NCBI RefSeq assembly: GCF_001194135.2
Contig: NC_068982.1
Coordinates: 29,200,234-29,264,233, forward strand
DNA from: Octopus bimaculoides
Taxonomy: Eukaryota
Reading direction: 5' to 3'
Length of the DNA stretch: 64,000 bases
Shown here: piece by piece, positions 39,659 to 53,552 of the stretch
How positions within the stretch are numbered: position 1 is the first letter of the stretch
Layout: every line of letters starts with the position of its first letter
Notes under the pieces: generated by a model
What the model was told of the DNA's origin: nothing
What the model saw: only the letters and a program-made list of their open reading frames with translations
The model's database searches: none
Made by a program: the position numbers and the translations under genes

Positions 39659-42600
39659 CACACACATGTATGTATATATATGTGTGTATGTGTGTAATAT
39701 CAATGTATATGTCTACACACATACACATACATAAAATATAAATGTTAATGTTTTAGGGTTCCACACTACACAGAACACATGCCATCCAACAATATTTGTA
39801 TTTATATATGTAACATCATCATCATTTCATATGATACAGAAATATGTTCAGTTATTATAATTTTGCATTACTGTCTCTTATGCTAAGGAACTGCAATCCA
39901 TTGTTTAAATATGTAATCCATTATGTACTGTTATCAAACATAACATATGTTTCAATAGTATAAATGATGAATATTCACCAAAACTGTTGTCGCATAGGAG
40001 TGTGGGTGGTGTGTCTGTTAGAAATTTTATCATTATAGACCAAATTTTCTATTCCTCTATTGAAGTTATACAATAAGTAAACAATATAAAATATGTAGCC
40101 TTTTCATCATATTTTAAACCTATTTTAGTGTATTGATTCCTTACAGCATATTGATATTCTTTAATTCTACTAACACTCTGAATTATAATTTATTTCCCAA
40201 ATCCATTTGTTATTTCCAAAAACAAAAATATAAAAACAATATGAGTTTAAATCCTGCTTATTTATTTATTGCCTTTTTTGTTCTCTGTTTCAATTTTGGA
40301 AATAAATGATAACGATGAATATAAACTACTTATAAGTAAATCCTACTCATGCATTTAGATTTGCAACAAAATAGTGTTCAGATATAGTGAAAGAATGCCT
40401 TCGTATGTCATAATTGTATAAGGTTTAAGCCTAAGGTGTGGAATTGGCAGAATCATACGACTCAGCATGGGCAATCATTTTCAACTGCATGAGACATGAC
40501 TCATCATCAGGCAGGTTGCACTACTAAAAACGGGCATTATTTTACCTTGTGAAATGAAGTGTACCATTGAGAAAGTCTCACAGGCCAGCCACCTCACAAT
40601 TAAGAAACGTTATTTTTCTTTTTGAAAGTAAGTGTGCCATTCAGAAAGTCCCACAGGCCATAGTATTCTTCGATGTTGTTATTATTATCATTATTATTAT
40701 TATTGTTCAGGTCACTGCTTGGAATTGAACTCGAATCTAGGGGTTAGTAGCCCGTGCTCTTAACCACTACACCATATGCCCGTGGGCAGAAAACTAGTAT
40801 AAATATAAAACAGTTTAAACCTTCATTACTATACAAAAACTACCTTTGTTTCAATTAATTTTAAAAGTAATGAAAAATTTAGTAAAATAACTGTCATTTT
40901 TAAGCTAGTGTTAGGAAAATATATTAACATGAAATTCTGAAAGAAGGTTCAGTTCAAATTGCTTTAAACTTTTAGCATTTAAAGTGGCTATATCTGGCCA
41001 ATATTCTACCAGCTTTATGCTCAAAACCATCCAGATCTGGCCGCTCACACTAACCCTACAATGTCATTCTAAAAAATAAACAATCACAGCATCAAAATCT
41101 CAAAACTACATGACAATGTATGATTAATTCAAAACAATGTGAATAAATAAGTATTACATTTGACAGAGTAATCTGAGTGCTAAAGGGTTAAAGCAGGAAG
41201 CTTGTATCTAGGATTAAGGGTAATCTCAGGCAGGTTGATATCAATAGGTGTAAGCAGATGTATGTTAGCAAGTAATTTGTATTTCTTGTAGTTTTTCCAT
41301 CTTTTGGAATTGATGGACTGATTTTAAATTCTGGAATTAGTGAAAAAAAAAAAGCAGTTGAAATGAAGAGAAACAAAATGTAGGTGTTATGAAGTCATAT
41401 GCAAAAATTTGAAATTTTAAGAATTTTTAAACTTTCAAACTTTCACATTAATATATTTCTATGAAAAAGTAAATTGTTAATCTGCAATACTCGATGTATA
41501 AACATGTATGCTAAAAAAAAAAATCGAACTTATAAACATTCACTATGATATGGTTTTTAAGTTACTAAATATTAGTTATTCCACAGACAAAATCTTCATA
41601 TTGATTAATTGATGTTTCGAGTCAAACAACATAATTTCTATAGTTATTGTGTTAATATAAACTCCATTTATAAAAATGCCGGATAATTTTAGCTTTCTAC
41701 AAACATTTTTTTTTTTTTTTTTTCATGAATTAACTCTAACTAGAAACATTTGATGAACTTTCTTTTATCAAATTTAATAAAGAGAAATCACATCTCACTA
41801 GGGACATGCTCACACACAAACACATGTACTACTATCATTTTACATTTACTTTCCATGCTGGCATGGGTTGGGTAAGTAATTGCTGTTCCTCAAGGTGGAC
41901 CAGAGAAAATCATCTTGCGTATAAGTTTTATTTTTGTTTGTTTTCTATGGCTGGATGCTTTTCCTAAAATCAAGCACTTTACAAAGTGCACTGGGTGCAT
42001 TTTCTTCATAGCACCAGTACTAGAGAAGATGGGAGTGAATGCAAAATGGATAGCAAGAGGTGGTTAAATGGTGAGGCTAAATGGGGGACATCAATGCAAA
42101 ATAGTCAGATGGGAAGTGTAGGTAGAGTGCATGGGGTATAGACATATCAGACTCCAATGAGGCTGATGTTGTATTCCCTTTATTGATTTTACTACTATAT
42201 ATATATATATAATATATATATAGTATACATTATATGTAGAAAGGGTAAAGGTGAATGGCTCAGTGGTTAGAGCATTGAGCTTACAATCATGAGGTAGTAA
42301 GTTTGATTCTCGGATCAGGTTGTGTGTTGTGTTCTTGGGCAAGATACTTTACTTCACGTTGCTCCAGTTCACTCAGCTGTAGAAATGATTTGCTACGTCA
42401 CTGGTGCCAAGCTGTATCGACCTTTACCTTTCCCGTGGACAACATCAGTGGTGTGGAGAGGGGAGGCTGGCATGCATGGGCAGGTGCTAGTCTTCTACAA
42501 ACAACCCAGCCGAGACTTGTGCCTCGGAGGGTAACTTTCTATGTGTAATCCCATGGTCATTCATGAATGAAGGGGATCTTTATGTGTTGTGTATGTGTGT

Positions 42601-45600
42601 AGATTGTTAGAATAGGTGTACAGATTTTATATATTAAGAAAAAGGAGGTAGCCAGGATTGGGAGAGAAATTATTTGTTTAGCATTTTTGATTCTTTCAAG
42701 GATTCATCATGAATGATGAACACCTCAAGGGGACAAAAGTGGTAAATATAGTTTTTGTCCAAATCCTGGCTACTTTCTTTTTCTTATGATTGATTGACTG
42801 ACAGACAGACAAACAGAGACATATGCTTTTCTAAAACTAACATAAAAATACAATTGCAGGCTTACTACAAGCATATTATATTACTTAATCCAGAGAAAAG
42901 CTACAGACCTCAGCTTCTCTTGCATCAAAATTTCAAACTATTTAGACTAAAATGACCCATATCCTTATTCCTTTCATGGGGAGCTACAAAAATAGTATTT
43001 TCTCCAGATTTTGGTACATTTCACCTTAAAGGAAAAAATAAATGTTAGTATTCTTTGCTAATTGTTCTTATTATTATTTTTGTGAGAATTACAACTTCAT
43101 TCCAGCTGCCTTTTCTTTTTTGTACTCCTGTATGCACTTTATAAAGTATTTTGTTTCCTTATTTAAACTATAAATCAATCTTATTTTTAAAACTTTTCAT
43201 CGTTTTTTTCATATGCTTGCTTTTATACATTTCAGGGAAAGAAAAAAAGAGAAACAGGCTTCATTTATAATTTATAAGTTCAGGAAGGATCAGGGATATT
43301 TTAAAAAATATAATCATAATAATAATAAAATTGCTGTATACATAATTTTCATGAAAAAAAAAACATTAAAAATCTTATTTACCAAGATTATTTTCTGACC
43401 ATAACTTATTCATTATCTTAAAGGGTAATAATAAAACATAATTTGATTTAAAAAATTGATACTTACAATTAATTTTCAAAACAAATATATTTTTTATATT
43501 TGACACTGGTATTAAATTTAAGTCTTTTAATTGCGTATGAAATAGTCTCAGGGAATTCTACTTGTTACAGTATACTCAGTCAATTATTTAATTGTTGCCT
43601 CAATCTTTATTTAAGAAAGAGAAATACTTTCAAGACTAACATTTTGCAGTGCTAACATTATTATACTGTTAATATAAAGAAAAAAAATTCATGTTCAGTT
43701 AAGTTTCTCTGAACATATCAAATGCACTGAATCATGGCTCCTTCTTCTTCATCAGATTTAGAAATGCACAAATTTAGAAAAATATTGCTTGTATGTGTGT
43801 ATATATATATAAATGTATCTTGTGTCTTGGGAGGGATATTACGGCAATAATAACACACGCAAAAACGAAGTATATATATATATATATAAATATATATATA
43901 CATACTGTAAATAAGTAATTCAAAATGTATAAAATACATGTAAAATTATGTGCAGATATAAGCATATATATGTATATTATGTATGCATATGAACTAAACT
44001 ATGTTAGGAACAAATATGAAGTTGGAAGGTAACATAAATGAGGGGAAAATTCAAACAAAAGTAAGAGTGTGTTGAGTATCTACCAAAACTATGTAAGTAA
44101 ACACCATGGATGAAAATAACTGTTGGCATGACATTGAGACATTTAAAGCAATCTACAAATAACTCAGACTAAACGACGTGTGTAGATTACTGATGGTTAA
44201 AAGAACAATTCTGACTACTCACAAAAGTTGTTATACTCACATAGAAATACTGACACTATAACTTACTCTCAGTAAGAAAACATACTCACTCTATATTTGT
44301 CTAAGAATTGTCCTTTCAAATGCTTACTTGAGTTCTACAAGAAATTCAAAAGAAAGCTGAGTCTGACAAAATATTAGTTTTTTGGGGTTTTTTTTTTTTT
44401 TTCAATTCATTTTGATTTTCTGCAAGTTTGAGAAATGACACTGTCTTTTCAAGATTATTTGATACCTTCTTCTTGAAACTGGAGTTAAAGATTTGCAATC
44501 TTTTCACAAAGAGTTGTCTTATATTAGCTACAATATTCTTTGATATAGAAACACAGGAAACCTTGGACATATTGAAAAAAAAGCTCAGCTTTGAAATATT
44601 GAAGAATCTCATTAAAGAATATGATATGGGGGAAAGAAAAATTTTGGCTTAAATATTTTTTCAGATTCAGTGAAACAACACAGTGAACACAGAGTAGAAA
44701 ACACTCCCACAAATGGCAATTATGAAATTAAAAATTGGTTTAGCATTGCATATCTTCATTCTTGCATTCAATTTCTGCTGATGGAAGAAATCAATTAAAT
44801 ATATTTATTTTAGATTTCATACATCTTTTAAAAAAACAGAAAAACATAACATAGAAACACAATGTTATATTCACTATTATTTTCATCATAGCCATTATCA
44901 TTATCATCACCACCATTGTAATCATCATATTCGTTATTCTTTCATTTTTTTTTTTTCATACTGGTATGTTTTGGATGAATCTGTAATATCACACTCCTCA
45001 ATTCATTTGAATCCTGTATTATCATTTTAAGCTTAATTCAAAATCCACAAGCCTTTCTTTATCTACCTTCACCATTCTCTATTAGTAACTCAAAATGCTT
45101 TTATTAATTATTAAGAGACTACTAGTTACTAGTCAAATCTTGCCAGCTTAGTTTTAAGACATTGGTCTATTATCTTAATTAGTTTATTTATCATGCTGCT
45201 GTATTTGAATTTACCAAATAGACAAGGTGCAAACCTATTCTATCTTTTGAATTACTTTGCTACTGCTAAGCATGATTGGTATTTAACCCTTTAGCATTCA
45301 GACCACACAGTCAAATGTAAAGCTTATTTATTCAAATTAGTTTGAATTAATCATGCATTATCCTGTAGCTTTTAGATTTCAGTAAAGTTTATTGTTAATT
45401 TCTTTTTGAGAATGAGAGTGTAGAATTGGTGTGAGAGCTGGATCTGGCTAGTTTGAACATAAAACAGGTAGAATAGTTAGGCCTGATATGGCCGGGTTAA
45501 ATGCTAAAGAGTTATTCAACAGCAGATCTTCCAGCTTTTAACTCACCAGCATACTACCTTCTCTCTCTCTCTTTTCTTTCTAATGTTACTATTATGGTCT

Positions 45601-48600
45601 CTGTTATTCAGAGCTAGATTGTCTCCTCATACCTTCTCTACTCAAGCAGCCCCAACTTTTTCATCTCTCCAACTCTCGTTGCTTTTGCTGCAATCAATAG
45701 CATCCCAAACCAAACCTGCACTAACCATTATTCCCAGTCTTTGATCCCAGGAACTGCCTCCCACTGGAAACTTCTCCTTTGTGTCCTTCTTGCAGGTTCT
45801 GACCTGTAACAGTTTAAAGAGAACATAACATCTTCAAGCTCATTCAGTCTTTGATGGCCTACAAAAAGTCATGGGCACTGACCCCATCCTCCAGACTCAG
45901 CAAGTGAAAAAGTAAAGGAGCACTGAATCATGTAATAAAGCTTTACTAACTCAGCAACTGTTGAGACATCACACTAGTTTATTAGTTGTCATCTGAAATA
46001 CAAATAGACATCAAGCTTCCTTAAAAAGATAAAGTCATGGATAAAAATGAAATGCAACAGTGTAATTTTCAAAATCTATTTACCAATAAAATTGTACAAG
46101 AGTAGCCTGGTTTTTTTAAGGTTATGTGAGCAATCATTGCTTTTTAATTTAGGTCTTCACTAACTGCCAACTACTTATCTTTTATCTTTTACTAGTTTTA
46201 GTCATTGGACTGCAGCCATGCTGGGGCACTGTCTTGAAGAATTCTTACTTGAATGAATCAACTCTAGTACTTTTTTTTAAGCTTGGTACTCATTCTATTG
46301 GTGTCTTTTGCTGAACTGCTAAGTTATGAGGACGTAAACACACCATTGGTTGTCAAGCGGTGGTGGGAGACAAACAAAGAAAACAAACACACACACATAC
46401 AATAGGCTTCTTTCAATTTCTATCTACCAAATCCACCAACAAAGCTTCGATCAGCCCAAGGCTATAGTAGAAGACACTTGCCAAAAGTGTTATGCAGTGG
46501 GACTGAACCTGGAACCATGTTGCTGAAAAGCAAACTTCTTACCATATAGCCATGCCTGCACCTTATGTGTATTTGATGCATCTAAAGTTCTTATTTTCTG
46601 TCAGATAGCCAAATATTGTATTATATTTTTGATCAATTATTTACAGACTGTATAGTACTGAGTTCAAACCAATTTACTTCTATCAGTGAGAAAGTTAGGT
46701 GCACATGAACAACAACCCAGGTTTAAGACTCTAATTAAATTTGGGAATAATGAAAGCAAAGTAAGTATTTTCAACAAATACAATGAAAAAAACCATAAAG
46801 CAGTTGTTTACAAGTGCTCTATCTTCAGAACCTTTTACATTCTTTAAAGTTCTTGAGACAGACAATATAACAAGAAGCCTGATAACTTGATCATTTCTGT
46901 AGAATTATCTGTTGGAGAATGGCAGATAAAGTTCAAAATGTAAGAGAATGTCCTAACAATGAAAATGACAAAAACAGTAAATATAATCCTATGAAATCAT
47001 TAATTTCAACAGGACTGTTATCTTTACAAAAAAATCTAATCACCTTCTGGTAATTTTAGAAAGTTCAGCAGTTATTTTCTGGTGAAATGATAATTCTTCC
47101 TGTTATAATACATCTTTGAGTAAGTTTACATTAAGAAGTGCAATGTACAATTTCCTGTAAGTCAGACAAAATGGAAAAGGCATTGCCCTGGAAGATGGTA
47201 AGGGAGATGCACTGGATCAGCCAGTCTGACTTACAGGATTTGCAAATAGCCATCTCTGCTCCAACAGTGGTGAACAGGGATATGGTATCATGAATCAAGA
47301 GAAAATCCCAAAGCGTGAACCTATATAGAAAGTCACCTCTCAGAGTACTTTACAAGGAAATGAAAGGGAGAATATACTGAAGCTAAAGTAATGTCTACAT
47401 AAAGACCTATAGATTGTAGATGGGTTTAGAGTTCAGTTTCTTTTTTTTTTTGTTTACTCTGTTGAGCTGTATCATGGCCTGTAAAGGCCCTTTCACCTGA
47501 CATTAGTAAATCCAATGCAGTTGCTATCCAGCTTGAACTTCTGTAGATTGAGAACTGCAAGGGAAAACATGGACTGGATGTGGGCATCAGAGGAATATTC
47601 ATATCCATGTAGGAAGTACAAGAGATGAGAAAAAGTAAGTGGCAGCAAGGCAGAAACATTGGTGGACTAATGCAGAAGTTGATACACTAGTTCACAGAAA
47701 TGGAGGCAGTAACATAGATAATATAAGAGGCAGAAAGAAGATGTATAAAGCAGCAGTTAATATGTACTGGTGACTTAATTTTTACTAATCTTTCCCATAT
47801 GGCCTTTTTAATAAATATAATTCATGATGCTTGGACAAGATACAGCAATACCATCCCATATATGCATGCAGTACTTATGCCATTGGACTTTTGCTTTCTC
47901 AGGATCCAAAAACTAACCAGGACTATGGTATTTTCTATCACTGGAAGAAAGTATAAAATATGGGGTGCAGTTTGGGCCAAATTACTGATGTGTGATCATC
48001 AGAGATTGTGGGGTTTAATTTTTCTAGAAATTCTAAGTGCCATAACTGAGTAGAAAGTGTAATATTACAGGATTTTTTTCCTTGATATCTACAGTAATTC
48101 TAATTAATCCAAAAGTGTTCAAGAACTAAACAGCATCTCAGATATTTATCTCCCATTTAGAGGACATATCTATCACTTTGAAAATAAAAAATACTCTGCG
48201 TGGTAGAAATTTGCTTCCCAATCACATGGTTTCAAGTTCAGTCTCACTATATGACACCTTTGGCAAGTGTCTTCTGCCCTAGTTCAGAGTTGGTGTTGAT
48301 TTGTTCACATCCTTGTAACTTAGCAGTTCAGCAAATGAGTCTGATATGATGAGTAGCAGATTTTTTTTTTAAAATAAGCACAAAGGTAGATTTGTTCAAC
48401 TGAAACCCTTCAAGGTGGTGCCCCAGCATGGCCACAGTCCAGTGACTAAAACAAGTAAAACAAAAGATAAAAGGTATTTAGAAACAGAAATATTTTTCTA
48501 TTGCACAAAAATCACGGCCTCATTCTCAAAGAGACTATGCTACACACAAATATTAACTCCAATTGCTTTATTATACCACTGACCAAGTCATAGCACTCAT

Positions 48601-51600
48601 ACAACATGTAAATATATCCTACAATTTCATTATAAACTGATAGGCTCTTGATAGCTTTTTTATAGCAAAACCTTTCCCATTACTTACAAGACATCCTTAA
48701 CCTATCACAAATAGAGATGAAAAGGAAAGACACACAGACAATACATTCTAGGTATAGAGATAGATGGGATGGCCTCACTGCTGGAATGACATATGATCAT
48801 TAGTCTGCATAATCAGGGCTAACAAAGAGTGAAACAACAATAACAAAAATCTTTACGAAACTGAGAAAAGAAATTTTGGGGACTTTGATTGTAAACCAAG
48901 ACGATGGAGAATGGCAATTTCAGTAAAAACTAGTACTAGAATATGACTATTTCACTAAAAGATAATAATATGCTATAGGTATTTCAGTAAAAGTAATACA
49001 GTAAAAGATAATGGAATATGACTATTTCAGTAAAAGATAATACTATAGTTACTGGGGGGTAGATTAAAATCCATAGAGACCTTATGCATTTAAAAAATTT
49101 TTGTGCTGCCATATATGTGTAATTCAAAATATAAACAATAATAAACCATATGGTATTTTTAAGTCTCAAATTTCATCAAATTTACTGAGGTACCCTTGTA
49201 TACCATATATGGTATACAAGGGTACCTCAGTAAAAGATAATCCAGTAAAGTTACTTTAGCAAAGCATCATTGTAAATGACTACTTCTCTGTAGTAACCCC
49301 CAAGTTCCAGCACAAATTTATGAAAAAATTGAAATTAATGTCTAATAAATGTCTATATCTATTTCCATTTTTATCTCCTCCAGCTTTCCATCCACCATAT
49401 TTCATAGGCCAGGGTTAGGGCACTGAAATATTTAATAATAAATCTTTAGACTCCTTAATAATATTATTTAGTTCCCTATAGGATGATTGGCATAGCTGTA
49501 ACAATTACAATTATAGGCTAATCAGGCAACTTAAAAATAAAATGTTATAGTAACTAGAATTTACTCCTTTATAATCAAATCCCTCCAGAGAAGATATGGA
49601 AAAATGTTCTTGAAAACATAAAAGAAATTCTTGCATACTTTTGTATATTGTATACTGGCAGTCCATTGGTTATGACGATGAGAGCTCTAGTTGATCTGAT
49701 CAATGGAATAACCTGCTTGTAAACATGTGTACCCTTAATGTAGTTCTCTGGGAGATTCAACATGATACAGAGTGTGACAAGGCTAGCCCTTTACAATACA
49801 GCTACTAATCATTTTTGTCAACTGAGTGGACTGAAACAACATGAAATAAAGTGCCTTGCTCAAGGACACAATGTGTCACCAGGAATTGAACTCACAACCT
49901 TACAATCATAAGCTAAATACCCTAACCACTAAGCCATGTACCTTCACATATTGTATATTATGGGCTAAGTATTAACGAGAATCTTCCACAAGGTCCAGTC
50001 CTAGTTGCAGTATGGTGACTAGTGTGCCTTAGAGCTGTGCTAGCAAAGTGCAGCCTCCTGGTGGGGGCCTCTTATGTTGGACAAGTCAAAGGATAGAAGC
50101 CATCTCTTCCCACAGGTAAAAATGGGTTTGCGTAGGGCCAAAACCCCAACATAGGAAAGAGCAAAGTAACAGAAACATCAATGACAATTCAAAACCAACA
50201 AGACTTGAGAGAGGGAAAACACAGCCAAGATTCAAGATCAGTTGAGAAACGTCATCAATTGTCTATGTTCTATAGGGAGGGAAGGGCTTAAGTGTTCCTG
50301 AAAATAGCTTCAAAAGCAAGACAGAGGGAACTTGTGGTACCTAGTTAGGCAGACACAAAAACTTGAATGTTAAGTGATTTTATTGTAAGTGGCAGAAGAT
50401 CAAGAAGGTTATAAAGCAGTAAGGGGAAAAGATAAAATTTCAAAATGTTGGAGATTTAAGATCAACATTGAGAATTTCATGTCAGAAATTTGGAAACAGG
50501 GCAATTTAGTTGTGACAAGTAATTTAGATAATATATCTAAGATCTGAGGGTTGATGTTTTTGATGTAGCAATGAAGTGTAGAATAGCAAAGTTTATTAGA
50601 AAAGGAATCACAATTTAGACAAAGTATGACTATAGGATATTGAGAAAACTGTTGTATAAGTTGTGGTATGACGTCAGTGTCTGGGGAGGCTGACCGGAAG
50701 GGCGAGTTGACCGGAAGAGGAAAAAGGGCAGAGGGAGCTTCGATCGGGATTCGTGCCCTTTTCGAACGGGGTCGCGGACAGGACAAGACGTGTCTAGTGA
50801 CGGTCTAGGTTTGGGAGAAGCAGCTGCTATTCCTGGTGTTCTTTGGGGTCGGGGCAAGCTTCAAGGATTGGATACCGTAAGACAGACTCACAGTCGACGA
50901 AAGGAAAACCGAGGTAAGGCGATTACATCTACTCATACGCACACACCACAAAAGTAAGATATAATACATCCCTGTGCTTACTTACAAATCATTTCATCTC
51001 TCTCTCCTCACCCTTTTTATACTTTGAAAATATAGCAAGGAACCTGTTGAGTTTCAAACCATAGCTCACAGATTTCCCAGTCCAAAACCATAACCTAACA
51101 TGTGTGTGTGTGTATGTGTGTCTGTGTATTCGTGTGTGTTTGAGTATGTAGTCTCTATAACCTTTAGATTTGGGTTTACTGTAATATTATAGAAGATGGG
51201 CATTAAAAACGACAATCGCTATGACTATGATGATGAGGATGACAGCTATGAAGGTGATTATAATCATGTGCATATCGAAGCTTGAATTATTTTTAGTTCA
51301 CTTTTGTGTGTAAGTTTATAAATGTTGTAACAAACATCCAGAAAAATGTCTAGATATTAACCTTTAGGAGATGACAGGGCTGATCTATTGGCCGAAAAGT
51401 CAAATGATGACGAAGACTATTAGTTCATTGAATATATATAGTTTTATGTAAAGTAATTACATTATCTTCTATAATTTTGTTTGGAAAATGGGTGCATGCC
51501 CTCTGTAGGGGTTGTGAAAAGGGCTCCGTCTTCTTTGCACTGAAACTCCAAATCAGGATTAATAAAACATTATTGAGAGAAACAGTGGCCCCTACTTCCT

Positions 51601-53395
51601 AATTACAGGAATTCTCCAAGTCATGGAAGTATTGCGCTCCTGAAAATTTTGCTGTAATGTGGGGTTGTGTAAACAGAAATCCTATTTTTTATTGACTTCT
51701 ATGTTATATGGAAGTCAATAAACATGAAAGAGAATGTGAAAATATGTTCTGTGTAATGAAACTCAATGTTGCAGCAAGACTTTCACAAATGCAAAGCTTC
51801 CATAATGCAGGGGATGCTTGTTCAGTATGTGAGTCTTTCTTCCATTAGTTTGCAAGTTATCTTCATTAAGTATGTGTGTGTAAGAGGGAGAGGGGAGAAG
51901 AGAGAGAGAGAGAGTAAGTGTGTGTGAAGGAGGAGTGCATGAACAGTTAAGGGTTATAACAGTATTTTCTAAACCTGACAAAAGATGCCCAAGCCTAGGG
52001 AAGTAACTTAAGTTTTCTAGCTGACCTGTGTCAGATGTGCTTCTATTTACGTGAACATGTGCATGTATATATNNNNNNNNNNTATATACACAACACTAAA
52101 TTATGCTCATAATTACACACACACATAGACAAAGAAACTGCTCTTAAGTTTGTACTTATTTTGTCAAATGTGATTTTAAAATTTGTTTCTCTTTAACAGA
52201 GACTCATAAAAAGAAAATTCCCTCTCTAGTGGCAGTGCATTGATTAAATGCATCCAGTACACTTGTTAGGTTTTTTCTTTTTATACATAAAATGCCCTCT
52301 AAACTGTATGAAAACTTGCCTTTTAAATGTTGATGATATATGCCTATATATCTATTTTTGAACCAGAAGTAATCCTTTCTATCATAGGCACAAGGCCTGA
52401 AATTTTGTTTGGTGTATGTTTGTGGGGGGAATATTCGATTACATAGACCCCAGTACTCAGCTGGTACTTAATTTATTGACCCCGAAAGGATGAAAGGTAA
52501 AGTCGACCTCGGTGGAATTTGAAGAACCAGAAGTAATGACATCAATGCACATCACAGATCCGTACCATCATAACTGTCACATCTTCATACATAATCTAAT
52601 GTCTTTAATGCTCAGCCATTTTTTTCAGGTCTGCTTATAGTGCTAGTGAAGGGACATGGCTAAGTGGTTAGGGTATTCAACTTACAATCAAAAGGTCGTG
52701 AGTTCAATTCCTGGCGATGCGTTGTGTCCTTGAGCAAGACACTTAATTTCATGTTGCTCCAGTCCAGTCAGCTGGCAAAAATGAGCAGTACCTGTATTTC
52801 AAAGGACCAGCCTTGTCACACACTGTGTTACACTGAATTTCCTTGAGAACTACATTAAGGGTATGTATGCTTGTAGAGTACTCAGCCACTAATATATTAA
52901 TTTCACAAACAGGATGTTCCATTGATTGGATCAACTAGAACCCTCATCGCCGTAACTGACAGAGTGCTTATTGTGTTAATTAATGCTATCTCTTCAGAAA
53001 ATCACTCTTAGCTCACTTCTCCCCAATCTCTGCAGATCTTCTCTATTCAATGCCCATATCTTATTATTATGCAGCATCACATTTATTATATGCCTCCCAC
53101 CACCACCACTCTAACCCCTCATTCCCTAGCATAAAACTGTCACCACTTCTTCTCTGAGGGATTGTAGTTTTTTAAGTTGCATGGCAACCTCAAAAGTGCT
53201 GGTAGCACAGACAAAGCATCTGGGACACACTGTAAAGTGGTTGACATTAGGAAAGACATCCAATTGCAGAAACCATTCCAAAGCCAACACTGGAGCATGA
53301 AGCAACCCTTGGACTCATTGTGTCCTCAAACTGTCCACCTCATGCCAGCACGGAGCACAGATACTAAATGATGATGATGGCCTCTTACAACCTGT

Positions 53396-53467
<72 letters not shown>

Positions 53468-53501
53468 NNNNNNNNNNNNNNNNNNNNNNNNNNNNNNNNN
53501 N

Positions 53502-53552
<51 letters not shown>

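Noticed and set aside
32817-39741. Many ORFs of YI/HT/VC repeats and X runs in the ORF track (also 53315-53630 and 61835-62202)
   Set aside because: These are translations of microsatellites and N gaps, not proteins.
40700-40790. tRNA-Ser-like sequence
   Set aside because: No acceptor stem and it ends in an (AAT)n tail, so it is a SINE. The same applies to the other SINE heads.
48915-49045. Repeat-spacer look resembling a CRISPR array
   Set aside because: Units and spacing are irregular, there are no cas genes, and the context is a eukaryotic intron.
50409-50857. 125-aa and 75-aa minus-strand ORFs
   Set aside because: They run across the LTR boundary, are open mainly because of local GC content, and carry no known motif.
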